64,000 bases of DNA from Eledone cirrhosa (GCA_964016885.1 OZ024740.1:190154001-190218000), one strand, 5' to 3'; positions 27,748 through 42,056 are shown, counted from the first letter of the stretch. A program made the numbers and translations. The notes: a model not told the origin generated them from the sequence alone.

Positions 27748-27860
27748 ATTACGTTTTGAGATCAAATTACGCCAAAGTTAAATGTGACTGTCATCATTAC
27801 GAGGCCGATAACATAATATACTGATATAATATATGGCCTGGTGTCAAAAGTAGAAATAAG
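27748..27860 (+). mobile_element. Highly degenerate SINE fragment
   Basis: tgagatcaaattacgccaaag...gaggccgataacataat...ggcctggtgtcaaaagtagaaa aligns by eye to the 4591 SINE. Confidence 0.55.
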
Positions 27861-28175
27861 TTTCATTAATATTTAAATTTGCTAGCATATATCTTGGAAA
27901 TAAAGCGAAATTACAATGTATATCATCATATTAGAAATATTATGTTGGAGAATTATGAAGTTATTTAAAAATTAATACAATGTTATCAATCGAGTAACCC
28001 ATGGGAAAATTATTCTTACTATCATATCATAGTAACCCATGTAGAATGCCATCACGGAAACATAGTTTCAAATCTATTTAAGGAATTGTATTTAATGTGC
28101 TTATGATAATTCAGAATTGGAGATATGGAAGAATAACGTATCGTATCATTAATCACAGACTGGGGAACACCCCAC

Positions 28176-28271
<96 letters not shown>

Positions 28272-28453
28272 TAAATAATAAAAATGCTGCAGGCAAATCT
28301 TAATGTGAAAAAGAGATGAGAAGCATTTTAGATAAACTACATATGCCAATATATATTAGTAAACAAATCAACACAAACATATGAGAATTATATACATAAA
28401 TGTCTACACTTCCAGTATACAGAGACTAACACAGGCTGGCAGACAGACACACG

Positions 28454-28522
<69 letters not shown>

Positions 28523-28691
28523 ACACATACACACACACACACACACACAGGCACACATATTTATATACTATAAATATGTGCGTGTGTGTATGAGAGGATA
28601 GCTGTGTAGCTGTATATGTATATTCACACATGTGCATGAATAGACACTTCTTTGCACACATACAAACACACACACTTGAATATATATATAT

Positions 28692-28843
28692 ACCAGCTCT
28701 CTGGCTACCCATGTTCTCCCAAATTCCAAATACAAGCTGTTGGTCTGCGAAAGGATGTAGCAGTAGATATTTCCCTCTCGCGATATGACTGCCTCAGACA
28801 CGTAAAAAATGGTTGCGAATAAAATGTTTAACCACAACGCCAT
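28692..28843 (-). CDS. Possible first coding exon of a secreted or membrane protein (tentative)
   Basis: ATG in AGACATGG context, signal-peptide-like MALWLNILFATIFYVSEAVIS, frame open until a GT at the edge of a (TA) run. No homology recognised. Confidence 0.2.
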
Positions 28844-30118
28844 GTCTTCTTACTCACTATCGATGTATCTGACAGCTTAAGTAAAACATCATTAATTATC
28901 TGATATAATACAGTAAAACAGTAGAGTAACATCTACGTATGCTACTAATTTATTTTATCACTGAAACTGATAAGTACTAAATTTGGAAGCAGAATGACTT
29001 TCTAAATTGAGTCATGTCAGAAGCAATTTGTAACATATGATGTATAATTTCTCGACATTTACCAAATACTCTCGCAATTAAATTGTCCAATGTGTATGCA
29101 TGGCTTACAGAGTTTAAGATTTGCTGCAGGTCTATTATTGGATTTGATTATATTGAGAATTACGTAACAACAAAAATCACTAGAGTTTTAATGGTGATTG
29201 GCATTAAGAGAAATTATATGCCCACTTTCGTTTAGGGATTAAACCAGAAAGAGAGATAGTTATTTTGTTTAGTCAGCCACGGTCGTTGTTTCACTCGAAA
29301 CATTTAACGTAAATCCGAATGTATGTGCTTATCTTATATATGTAAATCACTATGTTGCCTTTCATCATTAATGGTGATATAGACTCCATAGATATTAAAT
29401 GATAACCTATAAGGTATATGATAAAATTCCCGAGGAGATTCTTTCTAATGGTAGATTAATTTGGATGTTATCTATTTCTAAAGTGACGTACTTCAGGAGA
29501 AGTTTTAGAACAAAGCATAAGCAAATTGCCTTTCACTTGTATTGATATATACGCTTACACTTACGGAAAGAGTGATAAAGACTTCAGGCAATTATAATTT
29601 GCATATCTACGAAAATAGCTAAAATGTGACAATATCATGAATGGATTGATTTTAAAGTAAGTAAACATTTCTAAATGAATTGAAGTTTGCAATTGAGTTC
29701 AGGAAAGAAATCTATAATCTATTAATAATATTTACTGAGCCCCTACCCTTCACAGAAATGGGGACACAGTTTCAGAATAAAGAACTAATTTTAGTGAGTT
29801 TGTAGATAGCACACTTACGGAAAGTAAATGGTCATTTTCAGCTAACAAAATAGGAATGTCTCTTCATAACTCAAATATGCTGTGGTTAGGGAAATTACAA
29901 ATGTTTCCTTTCTCTACGAACAAGTATTAGATGTTATTGTTTTTATATGCTAACACAAATTAGAGTTTATTGTCATGGTTAATTCAAGAAGAAGTCGATT
30001 AAAACGTATACTCCATCTCCCCATAATCCCCGAACTTTATATCTGTATGTAGTGCAACGCAGGGAGATTAATTAAAAGTATTTAAACAAAATGATTTTAC
30101 ATTAAGAAACGGTGTGTG

Positions 30119-30119
<1 letters not shown>

Positions 30120-30215
<96 letters not shown>

Positions 30216-30237
30216 GTATATATATATGTATATATAC

Positions 30238-30321
<84 letters not shown>

Positions 30322-30336
30322 GTATATATATGTATG

Positions 30337-30376
<40 letters not shown>
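30120..30376. repeat. (TA)n microsatellite flanked by a short inverted repeat
   Basis: aaaatgattttacattaagaaacggtgtgtgt (30088-30119) is the approximate reverse complement of acacacactatttctgaatgtaaaatctttt (about 30380-30410). Confidence 0.85.
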
Positions 30377-30392
<16 letters not shown>

Positions 30393-30429
30393 CTGAATGT
30401 AAAATCTTTTTTTTTTTTAATATATCTAT

Positions 30430-33001
30430 TGTTAAACTTGGGGAGGGTCATATTGGAGTAATAATATTGCCAGAAATAATAACAGTACACACTCACTGTT
30501 TGGTTGGTTTTCGCTTCTGCATATTTTATATCCCCATAGTTAATTCATTTGGCCATCAATGTTTATCATTGACTGACCAACGGTAAAAAATACAGATATG
30601 AATATATATAGTCTAACAAATTTCTTTCGTTGCGCATCTGCAACATCATCTGTGGTACTATTATGTTTCCTCCTGTTGTATTGTATGTCTCCGCCATTTT
30701 TATTTCATCTGTTTATTTATTTATTTATTTATTCATATTCTTCTTAAGTCAGTATTGTTTGTTTGAGTGTTGTTGTTATTCCATTCATTGTTTATGTTTA
30801 GCTTTGGCTTTCTAAGCTCTATTTCGCTTGCTTCTCTGATTTGCCTATCTGCTGGTTCATTTCTATGTTTAGATATATTTTAATTTCTATGTCGTCTATG
30901 TTACCGTCATGCTGTTGTCTGGCGTGTTCGTATAGTACTGGACCGATTTATTGTCCTTTTAATTCCCTCCAGTTTTGGTCTATTCTTTCTCCTATGCTTC
31001 GAGCTGTCTCCCCTATGTATGCCGTTGTCATGTTTCTGCAAGTATCCTCTTACATCTTATGCTATAGACTACGTTTCTAGTGTTACAGTTTATCAGGGTG
31101 TTTACGTTACATATAATACATTTCTTATTAGTACAGTGGGTTTTCGTAAAAGGGTATGTTTTGCTGATCAGGGATTTTATGGTAGTTCCTGGCTTTTCTA
31201 CCACTTTAATCTTTAAGTGGGTCTTTCTCGGGGCCTTTCTACATTGGTTAGCTAATTTCCCTCCAGGAGTAGCGCCCACACACATGACACTCTGGTATCT
31301 CTGGTTGTCGTACCATGAAGTGGCTTTCTCTATCTTATGTTTAGTCCGATATAAGGTATTCCATGATTTGCTCCTTTCATTCCTTTCATGTCCAGTTCTG
31401 TGAGGGTATTATGCTTGTCTGTGGCTTATTTGTATACTCCGATTCTGTCTCTTTGTTTGTAGCCAGAGACCTGCATGCGGCTGATGAAGTGTTGGATGTA
31501 TCTTTCCATTTCTGTTGGGTTGCACATGCGGGACACGTTCTTCATCACTCGTTCCATGTCTGCGATCAGAATATTAAACTTAATACTACTGGACATTGCT
31601 GAATTTCTTAGTATCAGGTATTTGGAGACCACGAGTTTAGCTTAGTGTGAGTGGAGAATGTGCGCCCTCTCATCTATAGTGTTAATCCAGAATTCCGTCT
31701 CTAATACAAGTAGTCTATTGTAAGGGTGTTTGGAAGGGCGTCATTAATTTCAGTTATACTCTGGTGTATGGAGTCAGCTATCTGCTGGGTGCTTCCCATA
31801 TGCTATATTCTAAATCATGTTCGTTAGTACTCTTTTGTGGGGGTGTCCTTATTACTATATTAATATCGTCTACGTAACGAGAGTACATGATGAAGTCTAT
31901 GAAGCTCTCTTCAAGGAGATCTTTGAGTCTCCTTTCCCACCATAATATAGAAACGTTGGCAACATCACCAGCTATGCTGACGCCAATGGCTGCTCCCTCA
32001 TTTTGGGTGTAAATACTTTCGTTGAATTTGTATATATGGCCCTTTAGAGTAGTTTTAATACTAGCCCCTATTGCATGTGCGACCATTTTTCTCACCTGAT
32101 CATTGTTTTGGGGTGTCCGTATGACTTGGGCCAGCCAACCCACCTTCACATGGGAGTCCTTTTTGCCATTGAGGTTATGGTGGTGGTGTCTACCTCTTAT
32201 GCCTCTATTAGGGCAGAAACGGCTAAGGTCATGGCTGTCTAGGTAATCGGTGTCATAAGTAAGTCTAAGTAGGAGGCCCAGTTCATCTCTGTCGACGTCG
32301 CAGAAGTCCAACTCACTCTCACTGATTATTTCCACACATTTCTCCACAGGAAAATCATGGATGGGTACAGTGATACCACATCCATACTGCCTATTATGCA
32401 GTTAGATAGGTTTTGCTTTTTGTTGCACTCATTGATTCTGCTGAGGAGATCCTCTGTACTGTCACATACATATGGGGTCATCCCAAGTATAACAATATTT
32501 GTTTCGACACACGATTTCATATCAAAACCCTCTCAAAACAAAGTAATCGCCGTCATTGCATTAGCTTGCCCCAAGCTGAAATGTTATTGAAAGACAATGT
32601 TTTCTGTTATATAAAAAACTACAATAACAACAGAACAAATTCGCTTCTTAACACACTGTGTTTCCTTCAAAATGTACACGGCAAACATATCAAAATAAGT
32701 AAATAATTTATTATTAAACAAATCACAAGCTGAACTCCTAAAACACAGTTAACAGTCAATATGAAAAGAATAACATATACGAAAATTGACGAACTTTACA
32801 AACAGAAACGCGTTAACGTTAAGGAAATTCAAAATCTCACCGCACCAAACGAGATAAATAGACACACGAATATCATTCGACATAAAACAAAATATGCTCA
32901 AAACGAATGCAACAGATATTTCAATAAAAACTTAAGGTGGATGTTGAAGAAAAAACGAAGAAAAGAGAAAATATTATTTACACAACAAATTCATCGCCGT
33001 C
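30430..33001 (-). mobile_element. Penelope-like element (RT plus GIY-YIG), 5'-truncated, with an inverted terminal segment at about 32475-33001
   Basis: Minus strand: IGSMDVVSLYPS, TQNEGAAIGVSIAGDVAN, YSRYVDDIN; C-x4-C-xx-C linker, NVVYSIRCKR and YIGETARSI. The terminal sequence is shared with 49871-50185. Confidence 0.85.
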
Positions 33002-33013
33002 ATATATATATAT

Positions 33014-36000
33014 GGTAAATATGTTTAAGTCGTTTGGAAGCCTCGACAATGCAGATGGGTAAATCTCCGTGTAACAAGATCCGGTAGTGGAGAGAGAGAT
33101 GTAAGTGGGTGTACGTTGAGATGCGTGGCGTGTATAAGACTGTAACGTGTAGAGAATGAAGGAAAGAGCGTAAAGGATAAAAATAAAAATAACACGAGAA
33201 AGAGTTACCTTGGGAGAGATTTAATTGTCCCTATATATTTCGGATTCACATCCATCAACTGCGAACTGTTGCCTACGCACATACGTCGTGTATAAGATAT
33301 AATGTAACAAGTGCAACCAATACTACATAGGTAGCACAATCTGGCCGTTGCACATCCGGATCAAGGAACACACTAAAACCAGGGCCTCGTCTTTCCGGAA
33401 ACACATAGACAAATGCGGAAACAAAGACGGAAGGCCCAGTGTCACAATTCTAGCGACAGAAAGAAACGTCGGCACGCTACGTATCAAGGAAGCACTTTGG
33501 ATCAAACGCCTAGGGCTACAATTATACAACCAATCCGAGAGAAGCGAAATGAGGTGGTTGGTTTAAGTTAACAAACGATGCTGCAACACATGCACACACA
33601 CACACAAGCGAGACAGCAACACACGCACACACACACACATACACACACAGTAGCATTCCACCATACGAACATACTACACTGCCAATACAGAGGAACAAGG
33701 CAACATCACACACACACACACACTCAAGAGAGACAACAACACACGCACACACACACACACAGTAACATTCACCAAACAGACATAGAATGGACTGACAGCT
33801 AGCTCCACTCCCACAATTGAAAGAACTACTTTGACCGCTGACTTCTGCCTGACCGACCCCATTTGACGCGCACGCGCGCTCTGCTGATTACCTCAGATAT
33901 TCAAATCAACGACCAGCGGAGGACACGTTGCGCACCTTTCCGACAGACAACGTAATGGAAAATATCCCCCCTCCCCAGTTGATGGATGTGAAACCGAAAT
34001 ATATAGGGACAATTAAATATCTCCCGAGGTAACTCTTTCTCTTGTTGTTATTTTTATTGTTATCCTTTACGCTCTTTCCTTCATTCTCTACAGGTTACAG
34101 TCTTATACACGTCACGCATCTCAACGTACACCCACTTACATCTCTCTCTCCACCACCAGATCTTGTTACCCGGAGATTTACCAATCTGCATTGTCGAGGC
34201 TTCCAAACGATTGAAAGAAATTTACCTTATTATTGCACAATGTCAAGCAAACTTCAATACTCTCTTATCCTTACACCTGAGTCAGGAGTTGTTTGCACCA
34301 GTAAGGAAACTGTTTAGACTGTCGGAAAAATGGGCCAATGCTGGCTGTCAAATTATTTTCCTGAAACGCTGCCTAAAAAACGATGTCATCTCCAACACCA
34401 TCAGGAACATCCGCTTACCATTAAGCCTACATACACCAACTTTCCAAAACACCACTAACCGCATACATCGCACATGTATTAAACAGATGCTGAGACATCT
34501 CAACCGCCAATTACACGTCCATAAACGGACACTCTCAGAGCGGACACATCGACTGTCAATAACACCCGGCGACTTGCTCCTGAAAATCACTAAAGCAACT
34601 GACCAATGCTACCACTCCAGAGTCTAATACGAGAAAAAACGGCTCAAGCGGAAATATGAGTGGATTTTGTCTAAACTCCACAACGAGAACATCGACACTA
34701 ACGAACAGACGGACAAGAACCACGTGGAAAACAACAACTTAACAACCGTCACTGCCGCATCCACCAACACCGAGCCACACCGCAACGATGCGACGCACCT
34801 GGTCACCGACCTACCCGGCACTCTAACGAGCGACGAGCTGAAACTCCTACACCTCGGTTCCAAGTTCATCCTCTCACAACGTCTCGACGACAGATTAAAC
34901 TCAACATCGAGGCCAACTTTTGTCGAGCCGCTTACCAACTTAAATGGGTGACCGCCATCAACAGCGCCACAGAAAATAACAGCGCCCACGCAACCCACCC
35001 CAAGTTCCCCACTTACCACCCCAACAACCCACTCCACCCCCCGCCCACCAACCACGAACTCGACACTAAACTCATCAGGCTAAAACACTCTATATACTTC
35101 ACAAACACACACCAACGTACAGCACACAACCTCACCAACTCTCAACTCACCACTCTCTCCAACCTAAAATCGAAGAAACTCATCTACCTCCTCTCCGACA
35201 AGGGAAAATAATTCTGCGTCATGAGCAGAGAGGCCTACAACACCCTGGCCCTCCAACACCTTGACGATGACAACCTCTACTCCAAGGTCACGGGAATCAC
35301 TCCCGCGCAGATAGAAGAGCACATCAACGCCGCCTGGACCAACATCTACGACCGGTGGAAGCTTCCGAAGAAGCTGAGATACAACCTCCTCACGAGGAAC
35401 AGCAGGCTACCCGCCTTCTACCACCTCGTGAACACACACAAACAGGGACCCGACCTGAAGATCAGGCCCATTGTATCGAGCGTGGAAGGAGCACTCTACA
35501 ACATTTCATGGCTCCTATCCAGAATACTCAAACCCATCTTAGATACCTTGCCGGGACACATTAACAGCTCCGAGGAGGTGTTGAAGCGCCTGCATCAAAT
35601 GGAGCCCGACACCAGAAGGAATAACAGATAAGCCTTCAGCCTTGATGCAGTCGCTCTCTACACCTCGGTCCCGGCACTCCCGGCCGTCAATATACTGATG
35701 GAACGCTTCTAATCCACCGATCTACACTGATACGGGCTCACCACACTGACATCCAGCAACTCCTATCCATCGTCGTCGACAACACCTACTTCGGATTCCT
35801 TGACCAAACATACCAACAAACCTCGGGACTGCCCACGTGATCAAGCCTGTCGGGTGTGATAGCGATCTCTTACATGGACAGCCTCGTGCGCAAGGCACTC
35901 AACGCCTGCCACCCCAACGCCGTCGCATTTTTCTCAAGGTTCGTGGACGATATCCTCATCCTCACATCTTCCGAAGACATGGCGAACAGAATCTATTAGA

Positions 36001-37030
36001 CGTTCAACAACACGGACGAGAACATCGACTTCAGTGTTGAACACCCCAACGACGACGGGTCACTTGCCATCCTCGACTTCCGAATCAACATCACGGAACA
36101 GGGAGGAATCCACTGCAACTTCTACCGAAAGGCAGCATGCAGGGACCTGTTCGTCCACTACAAATCCGCCCTCCCTAACAGTGCCAAAGGAGGATACATC
36201 ACGAACGAAATCGCGCGAATCAAAAACAGATACAGCGATCCCGCGAGTGGTGTCACTCATACCAAGCAATTCCTCGAGGTGCTGGAGACGAAGGGGTTCC
36301 CTACCTCGCTCACAGACAGAGTAGGAGACACCAGACACAAGAGAGAGAGAGAGAGAGAGGCACCAAAGGCAAGTGCTTCCTTAAAATTCCACACCTGGGC
36401 GAGAATACCACCAACGCTATCCGCAAGGCTATACGGAGAGAGGGCCTCGACATCTACATGGCCCACTGGGGCCCCTCCCTGTGAAGATGAATCTCCAGGA
36501 AACCCTGGAAATCAACTGAGGCGTGCTCCCTCAAAGACTGCCCGATGCGCCATGCGAACTGTTGCCTACGCACATACGTCGTGTATAAGATAGAATGTAA
36601 CAAGTGCAACCAATACTATATAGGTAGCACGATCTGGCCGTTGCACATCCGGATCAAGGAACACACTAAAACCAGGACCTCGTCTTTCCGGAAACACAGC
36701 CAAATGAGGAAACAAAGACAGAAGGCCCATTGTCACAATTCTAGCAACAGAAAGAAACGTCGGCATGTTACGTATCAAGGAAGCACTTTGGACCAAACGC
36801 CTAGGGACACAATTAAACGACCGATCCGAGAGAAGCGAAATGAGGTGGTTGGTTTAAGTTAACAAACGATGCAGCAACACGCGCACACACACACAAGTGA
36901 GACAGCAACACACGCACACACACACACACATAGTAGCATTCCAACATACGAACATACTACACTGCCAATACAGAGGAACAAGGCAACAACACACGTACAC
37001 ACACACACTCAAGCGAGACAACAACACACG
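33014..37030 (+). mobile_element. Penelope-like element, near complete, with tandem pseudo-LTR and inverted 5' segment
   Basis: RT motifs FSLDAVALYTSVP and FSRFVDDILIL; GIY-YIG VVYKIECNKCNQYYIGST..LHIRIKEH. 33260-33730 duplicates 36554-37030. 33014-33261 is the reverse complement of 33977-34226. Confidence 0.9.
33973..34008 (+). ncRNA. Hammerhead-like motif with variant core in the Penelope pseudo-LTR
   Basis: ccc-CAGTTGA-tGGATgtgaA(A/T)CC-GAAA-TATA-TA-ggg. Palindromic stem III; the core deviates from CTGANGA. Inverted copy at 33227-33261. Confidence 0.45.
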
Positions 37031-37548
37031 CACACACTCAAGCGAGACAACTGCTGTTTCTAGTTGTCGATAACCCTATTCACGCCAATGGGACGAAGCT
37101 ACTATTCTGTGTGTATTTCTACAAAATACTATACTTGGTGATAGCCAGTAGCAGATTTGAACTTGAAGTGTAAGCACGGATAGCTGTAAATGTCTTCTTT
37201 GTTGAAAATCCAAATCTGCACTTCCGTGGTTTACCATCTGATTAATTGGTGAAATATATTTCTTTAATGGAATATATACAGGGAAGATTAATCATATTAT
37301 AAGGTATCTATTTTTGAAGTTCTAGTCAACTTTATTTAGTTACCTACCTAGCTATGTGTGGTTACACACTTGTAAAAATTATCTCCTGTGGTTATTCATG
37401 TTTATATATATGTTAATCAATTGCTAGTAATTATAAAATGCTCGGACCTACTCGTTAGAATCTTAGAGGTTATTTTCCGGGTGATATGGTGCATGTCTTT
37501 CTGGCATGACACCCATAATTTTGATTTAGATTAATTTATCTTAATTTT

Positions 37549-37630
<82 letters not shown>

Positions 37631-37699
37631 ATGTGTGTGTGTGTGTGTGTGTGTTTGTGTGTATGTGTGTGTGTGCGTGCGCGTATGTGTGTCTTTGTG

Positions 37700-37907
37700 T
37701 AAGGATAAAGGTGAGTTATTCGGAACTACTAAATCGCTTCCAAGGTAACTGAATCTCGTGTTTTTATTTTTACACTTTTTTTACGTTCCTTTACGCTCTC
37801 TACGTCTCTTTCTACGCTTTCTCTTACACCTCTCTCTCTCTCATTACCACCTTATTCTGTTATCCAGAGATTACCCATCTGCATTATTGAGGCTTCCAAA
37901 ACGACCT
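37700..37907 (+). mobile_element. Degenerate fragment of the pseudo-LTR of the 33.0-37.0 kb Penelope family
   Basis: aggtaact...cctttacgctct...gagattacccatctgcattattgaggcttccaaaacga matches 34027-34210. Confidence 0.7.
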
Positions 37908-37912
37908 TTTAT

Positions 37913-39247
37913 ATCCATCTATCTTTCTATCTAGCGCGGGTAAAATTGCCTAGATCCATGGAAGAGTTCTCTCCACCGGTCTCTGTCCCTCATTATCGCT
38001 GCCATGCTCTGCGTCAAGAGACCGGTGTCTCTTCTTAGGGTATCAACATATGTCAAGCTCGGTCTCCCTCTTCTAGTGTGTCCGTGCATGGTACCCCACA
38101 GGAGCACTGGGTGCAGTGTGAAATCTGGATGTCGGTTAGCATGTCCAGCTAACCTCAGTCTCCTCTGTGTTACTTTCGATCTGACGTTTTGGAGGCTCCC
38201 TTACAGATCAGTGTATACGGATTAATGTTGAGAGCCATTCTCAGCATTCTCGTGTATCATCCATCCACCATCTGAGTGAGTTTCTTGGTCAGTGCCCAAG
38301 TCTCAGACCCGTACAGCAGCACATACTCCACTGTAGTAACGAAGAGACGGATCTTCAGGTCTTTATGAGTGTCCGATTTCCACCCCGATCTCAAACAGTG
38401 GCACGCGGGCGAGGCTTTACTCTTCTTCTCAACCACAGCATCCTATGTGTTTCCAATATTTGCTCCCAGATACGGGAAGTCCTCAACCAATTCTAGCGGT
38501 TCCCGCCTACATTCATAATCTTCTCAGGCTTCTTATTATTCTCTACCAGATACTTCGTCTTAATCTCATTCGTTCTCAGCCCTACACACATGGACAAACT
38601 CCACCTCATGCATCAACACCTCTGCCTCCTTCACTGTGTTTATCTACTGAACTATGTCGTAGGCATATTCAGCATTTGATATCTTTTCGCATTAACTCTC
38701 CTGCTCTGAGCCATTGTTACAGTAAAGCCAAGCCCTGGTGTTTCTCCAGCTCAAGGCGCATACAATAGTCCACTGCGATGATAAAACTGTAGGGAGCCAA
38801 TGTATCTCCTGGAGCACTCCAGCCAGTATTCCAAAGAACTCTGTCATTCCATCGGGTGTAATGTCTTTGGCTTTGATGTTGGTGTAGAGCAGTGATATCA
38901 GGTCCACTATCCTCTTGGTAATTACATAAGCCTGTAAAATCTTCGTCAGGCAGTGGCGGTCCACAGAATCAAAGGCTTCCTAAAATCAATGAAAAACATG
39001 ACAGCAGAAAGGTTCTTTGCATCTAATATCCTCCTCAGGGACAGGATGTGACTGGTGGTTGATCTGCCCCCACCCCTATGATGTCGTTCTGGTTGTCCCT
39101 GAGCTTCTTCTCCATCTCGGTCTGTATCCTGTTAAGAATCATGCTGTTGAGGGTTTTTCCACAAGTGACGTCAATGAGATACCCCTCTAGTTGTTGGTGT
39201 TAGAGAGATCTCCCTTCTTTGGCACTTTGACGATGTTGTTACTGCGA
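37913..39247 (-). mobile_element. RTE-type LINE, 5'-truncated, decayed
   Basis: Minus strand: FIDF.KAFDSV-like, ITPDGMTEFFGILAGVLQG/DTLAP-like, VLLYGSETWALT, LAGH-like. The 3' end has a (GATA)-type tail also seen at 61399-61497. Confidence 0.8.
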
Positions 39248-39358
<111 letters not shown>

Positions 39359-39399
39359 CATATATTGAGTTGTGCCCAATAATTTTATTAGGTTTGGTT

Positions 39400-39880
39400 A
39401 ATATTGAACAAGGTACTATTATTAGATAAAAAAAATAGTATATCATTGCAAACATACACACAAAGCATTATGCTACAACTTGTCTATTCCAAATTAATAC
39501 TGTTTTTTATGACATTTAGCAGCAATCACTGTACCAAATCTGCGAGGCATTAATCCCACCAAGGAGGCAACAAATATTCAGGAGTAATGTGTTGTTTACA
39601 TACAATAAGAATTATGTGGAGTAAATCAGGAATTGAGCTGGTAATGTTGTTTTTCATCAATTCCAATCTGTTTTCAATTGGCTTTAACTCAGGACTTGAA
39701 CCTGCCTATGGTGCTAGCACTTCGGTATCATACTCTCGACAAAAATAGCTAATGATTTTGCCCTATGGGAAGGAGTACCATCTTATCGATATATTATATA
39801 ACCATGCTTCTTCATCCATAATGTGACCTTTTCTCGTATGATTTCCAAATACATGTTTACATTTACATTCGTTCCTATTG
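39400..39880 (-). mobile_element. Very degenerate Tc1/mariner transposase remnant (tentative)
   Basis: Minus-strand DGTPSHRAK (QDGAPxH-like) near 39760-39785 and a PDL motif near 39620-39640. Confidence 0.35.
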
Positions 39881-40514
39881 GAATTATGGTCAGTTTACCT
39901 CGTTCCTTTAATCTTATTGATCCCCAGTCCATCAATGATTGTCAATGTTTAACTGTTTTAACTGTTGGTTTGACATAACGAAAAATTATACGGTTTTTCA
40001 GGAAACGTATATAGTCACACACACAGTGTTTCGGAACTCGATTGCTCCTTACACTATATGGGAGCTAGATTCATTTATGACATTAGTCGCATCTGTCCTT
40101 CTGCTGTTTTTCCCCAGTTCCAGTGGTATGTAAACCAGACATCATCCGGCGATCGTCTCTCCTACTTGTGTGGCTTCGACTAATCTTTCACGAAGATCAC
40201 CAGGAGAAACTACACGTCGTATTTAAACCTTCCGAAGCGGTTTTCCCCATAAAAGTGGATAACTAGAGCTAAAGCTCGAGTTATCCACTTTTCTTTAATA
40301 TAACCATAAATTTATTCGTTTTTGAATGTGTTATCTGAAAACAGGTGTTTAAAGAGATATTATTATACTTAGGGACGGTCATGCTGCCAATAAAAACACG
40401 CGCACATTTGGTTTCTATAATGTGGTTATATACATATGCGTGTATGCATATATATATATATGCATATATATATATATATACATATGCGTATGTATGTACG
40501 TGTGCATACTTGCA

Positions 40515-40573
<59 letters not shown>

Positions 40574-40577
<4 letters not shown>

Positions 40578-40790
40578 GTGGAACACTGGAATGTAATATC
40601 CGTAGTGGTAGAGCACTCTATCCAAGGGACGAGTTAGGTAGAAGTGGTTACACAACATTTAGTTCATCACACCGAGAACAATTGTTTCACCACAGCGGAT
40701 CTTCAGCATGCCCATCCCAAGCTGAAGATCCGCTAAGGTGAAACAATTGTTCTCGGTATGGTGAACTAACTGTTGTGTAACCACTTCTAT
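40574..40790. mobile_element. Fold-back fragment of a hammerhead-bearing Penelope-type terminal repeat (family shared with 63522-63800)
   Basis: Arms 40638-40707 and 40721-40790 are reverse complements. Begins directly after (TA)n. Confidence 0.8.
40717..40756 (+). ncRNA. Type I hammerhead ribozyme motif
   Basis: ccaag-CTGAAGA-tCCgctaaGGt-GAAA-CAATTG-TT-ctcgg. The sister copy at 63619-63659 (minus) restores stem I CCGAG/CTCGG. Confidence 0.7.
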
Positions 40791-41092
40791 ATGTATGTTT
40801 TTTTTTTTGTTTTTTTTTCAACAGTTGTAAATTGAAAACTTGATTGTCACCACTGAATATGAACCTGAAGATGGCGAAAGCATGAAAGTACATTTCAATT
40901 AACATTTAACATTTAATATTCTACGATACTATTTCATTATAATATCGTTATAATTGTAAAGGATTCTAAATAAAACGAGTAAATCAGACAAAGTTGGAAT
41001 TCCTTTTATTAATATCATTTTCTATACGTAATCATACACACCCACGTATATTTATTTATTTATTCATATTAATAAATATATATATATATATA

Positions 41093-41449
41093 TTTCGTTT
41101 CTGAATTTGTTTAGCAAGATTCTTTATTTGAAAACGTGTGTTGAAACCGATAATGTTATAGTTTGGGATGGTCATGTTGCCAATAAGACACACACGAACC
41201 AGTTGCTTTCACTCCAATTTATTAGAAATTAAAAAATGTTTTAAAAAATTTATGAATTTCCGGTTTGTTGTTTGGTTCCTCAACCGGACAGTTGTTCATA
41301 TATTGTCAAGGTTCTTTCGTCACATATAATGTGACCTCTTCAGTGACTGCAGATTATTTTCTTTGTTTTGTGCCTCTCCTTTGTTCTGTCTTACGCCATC
41401 TTGTTTTTGTATGTGTTGTGTGCTTAGTTTGCGCATGTGTTACATCCGG

Positions 41450-41498
<49 letters not shown>

Positions 41499-42056
41499 TG
41501 TGTGTTTTTATTCGTTTATTTATTTATTTGTTTGTTTGTTTGTTCATTTACATGTTACTGGTTGGTTGTTTGTTCTATGTGTGTGTGTTTTCATTTTGTC
41601 CTTAATTATAAGTTGTGATGTTACTATTGCTTCATGTTTTCTATTTAATTTTGGTTGGAGTTCATTTATGTTTATTGACTCTGAGATTTCTCTAAACATT
41701 GCGCCTTTTCTGTGTGTAGATTTTATTTTTTTATTTCTATGTTCTCTAATTTGCCCTTATGTTCTATTTTAGCATGCTGGTGGAGTATTTATGATTCTTT
41801 TCTATCTTGAAGCTCTCAGCAGTCTTCATTTAACCGTTCTAATATACTACGAGCTGTCTCACCTATATGCACTATATTCTTATATTTACATTGTCCTTCA
41901 GTACATCTTATGCTATATACTATGTTTCTAGTTTTACAGTTAATATGGGGGCTTAGTTTATAGATTATGCATTTCTTATAATTTATAATAAATTGTAGTG
42001 AAAGTAACTGGTGCGTGTGTTTCTGATTGGCAACATGCCACTTCCAAGATATAACA

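Noticed and set aside
34163-36862. Naiad-type or selenocysteine-recoded Penelope element
   Set aside because: GIY-YIG is C-terminal (canonical order), and the interruptions include TAA, TAG and frameshifts, consistent with decay.
40864-40897. Extra hammerhead CTGAAGA-tggcgaaagcat-GAAA-GTAC-AT
   Set aside because: No convincing stem I and the cleavage dinucleotide is wrong; at most a decayed relic.
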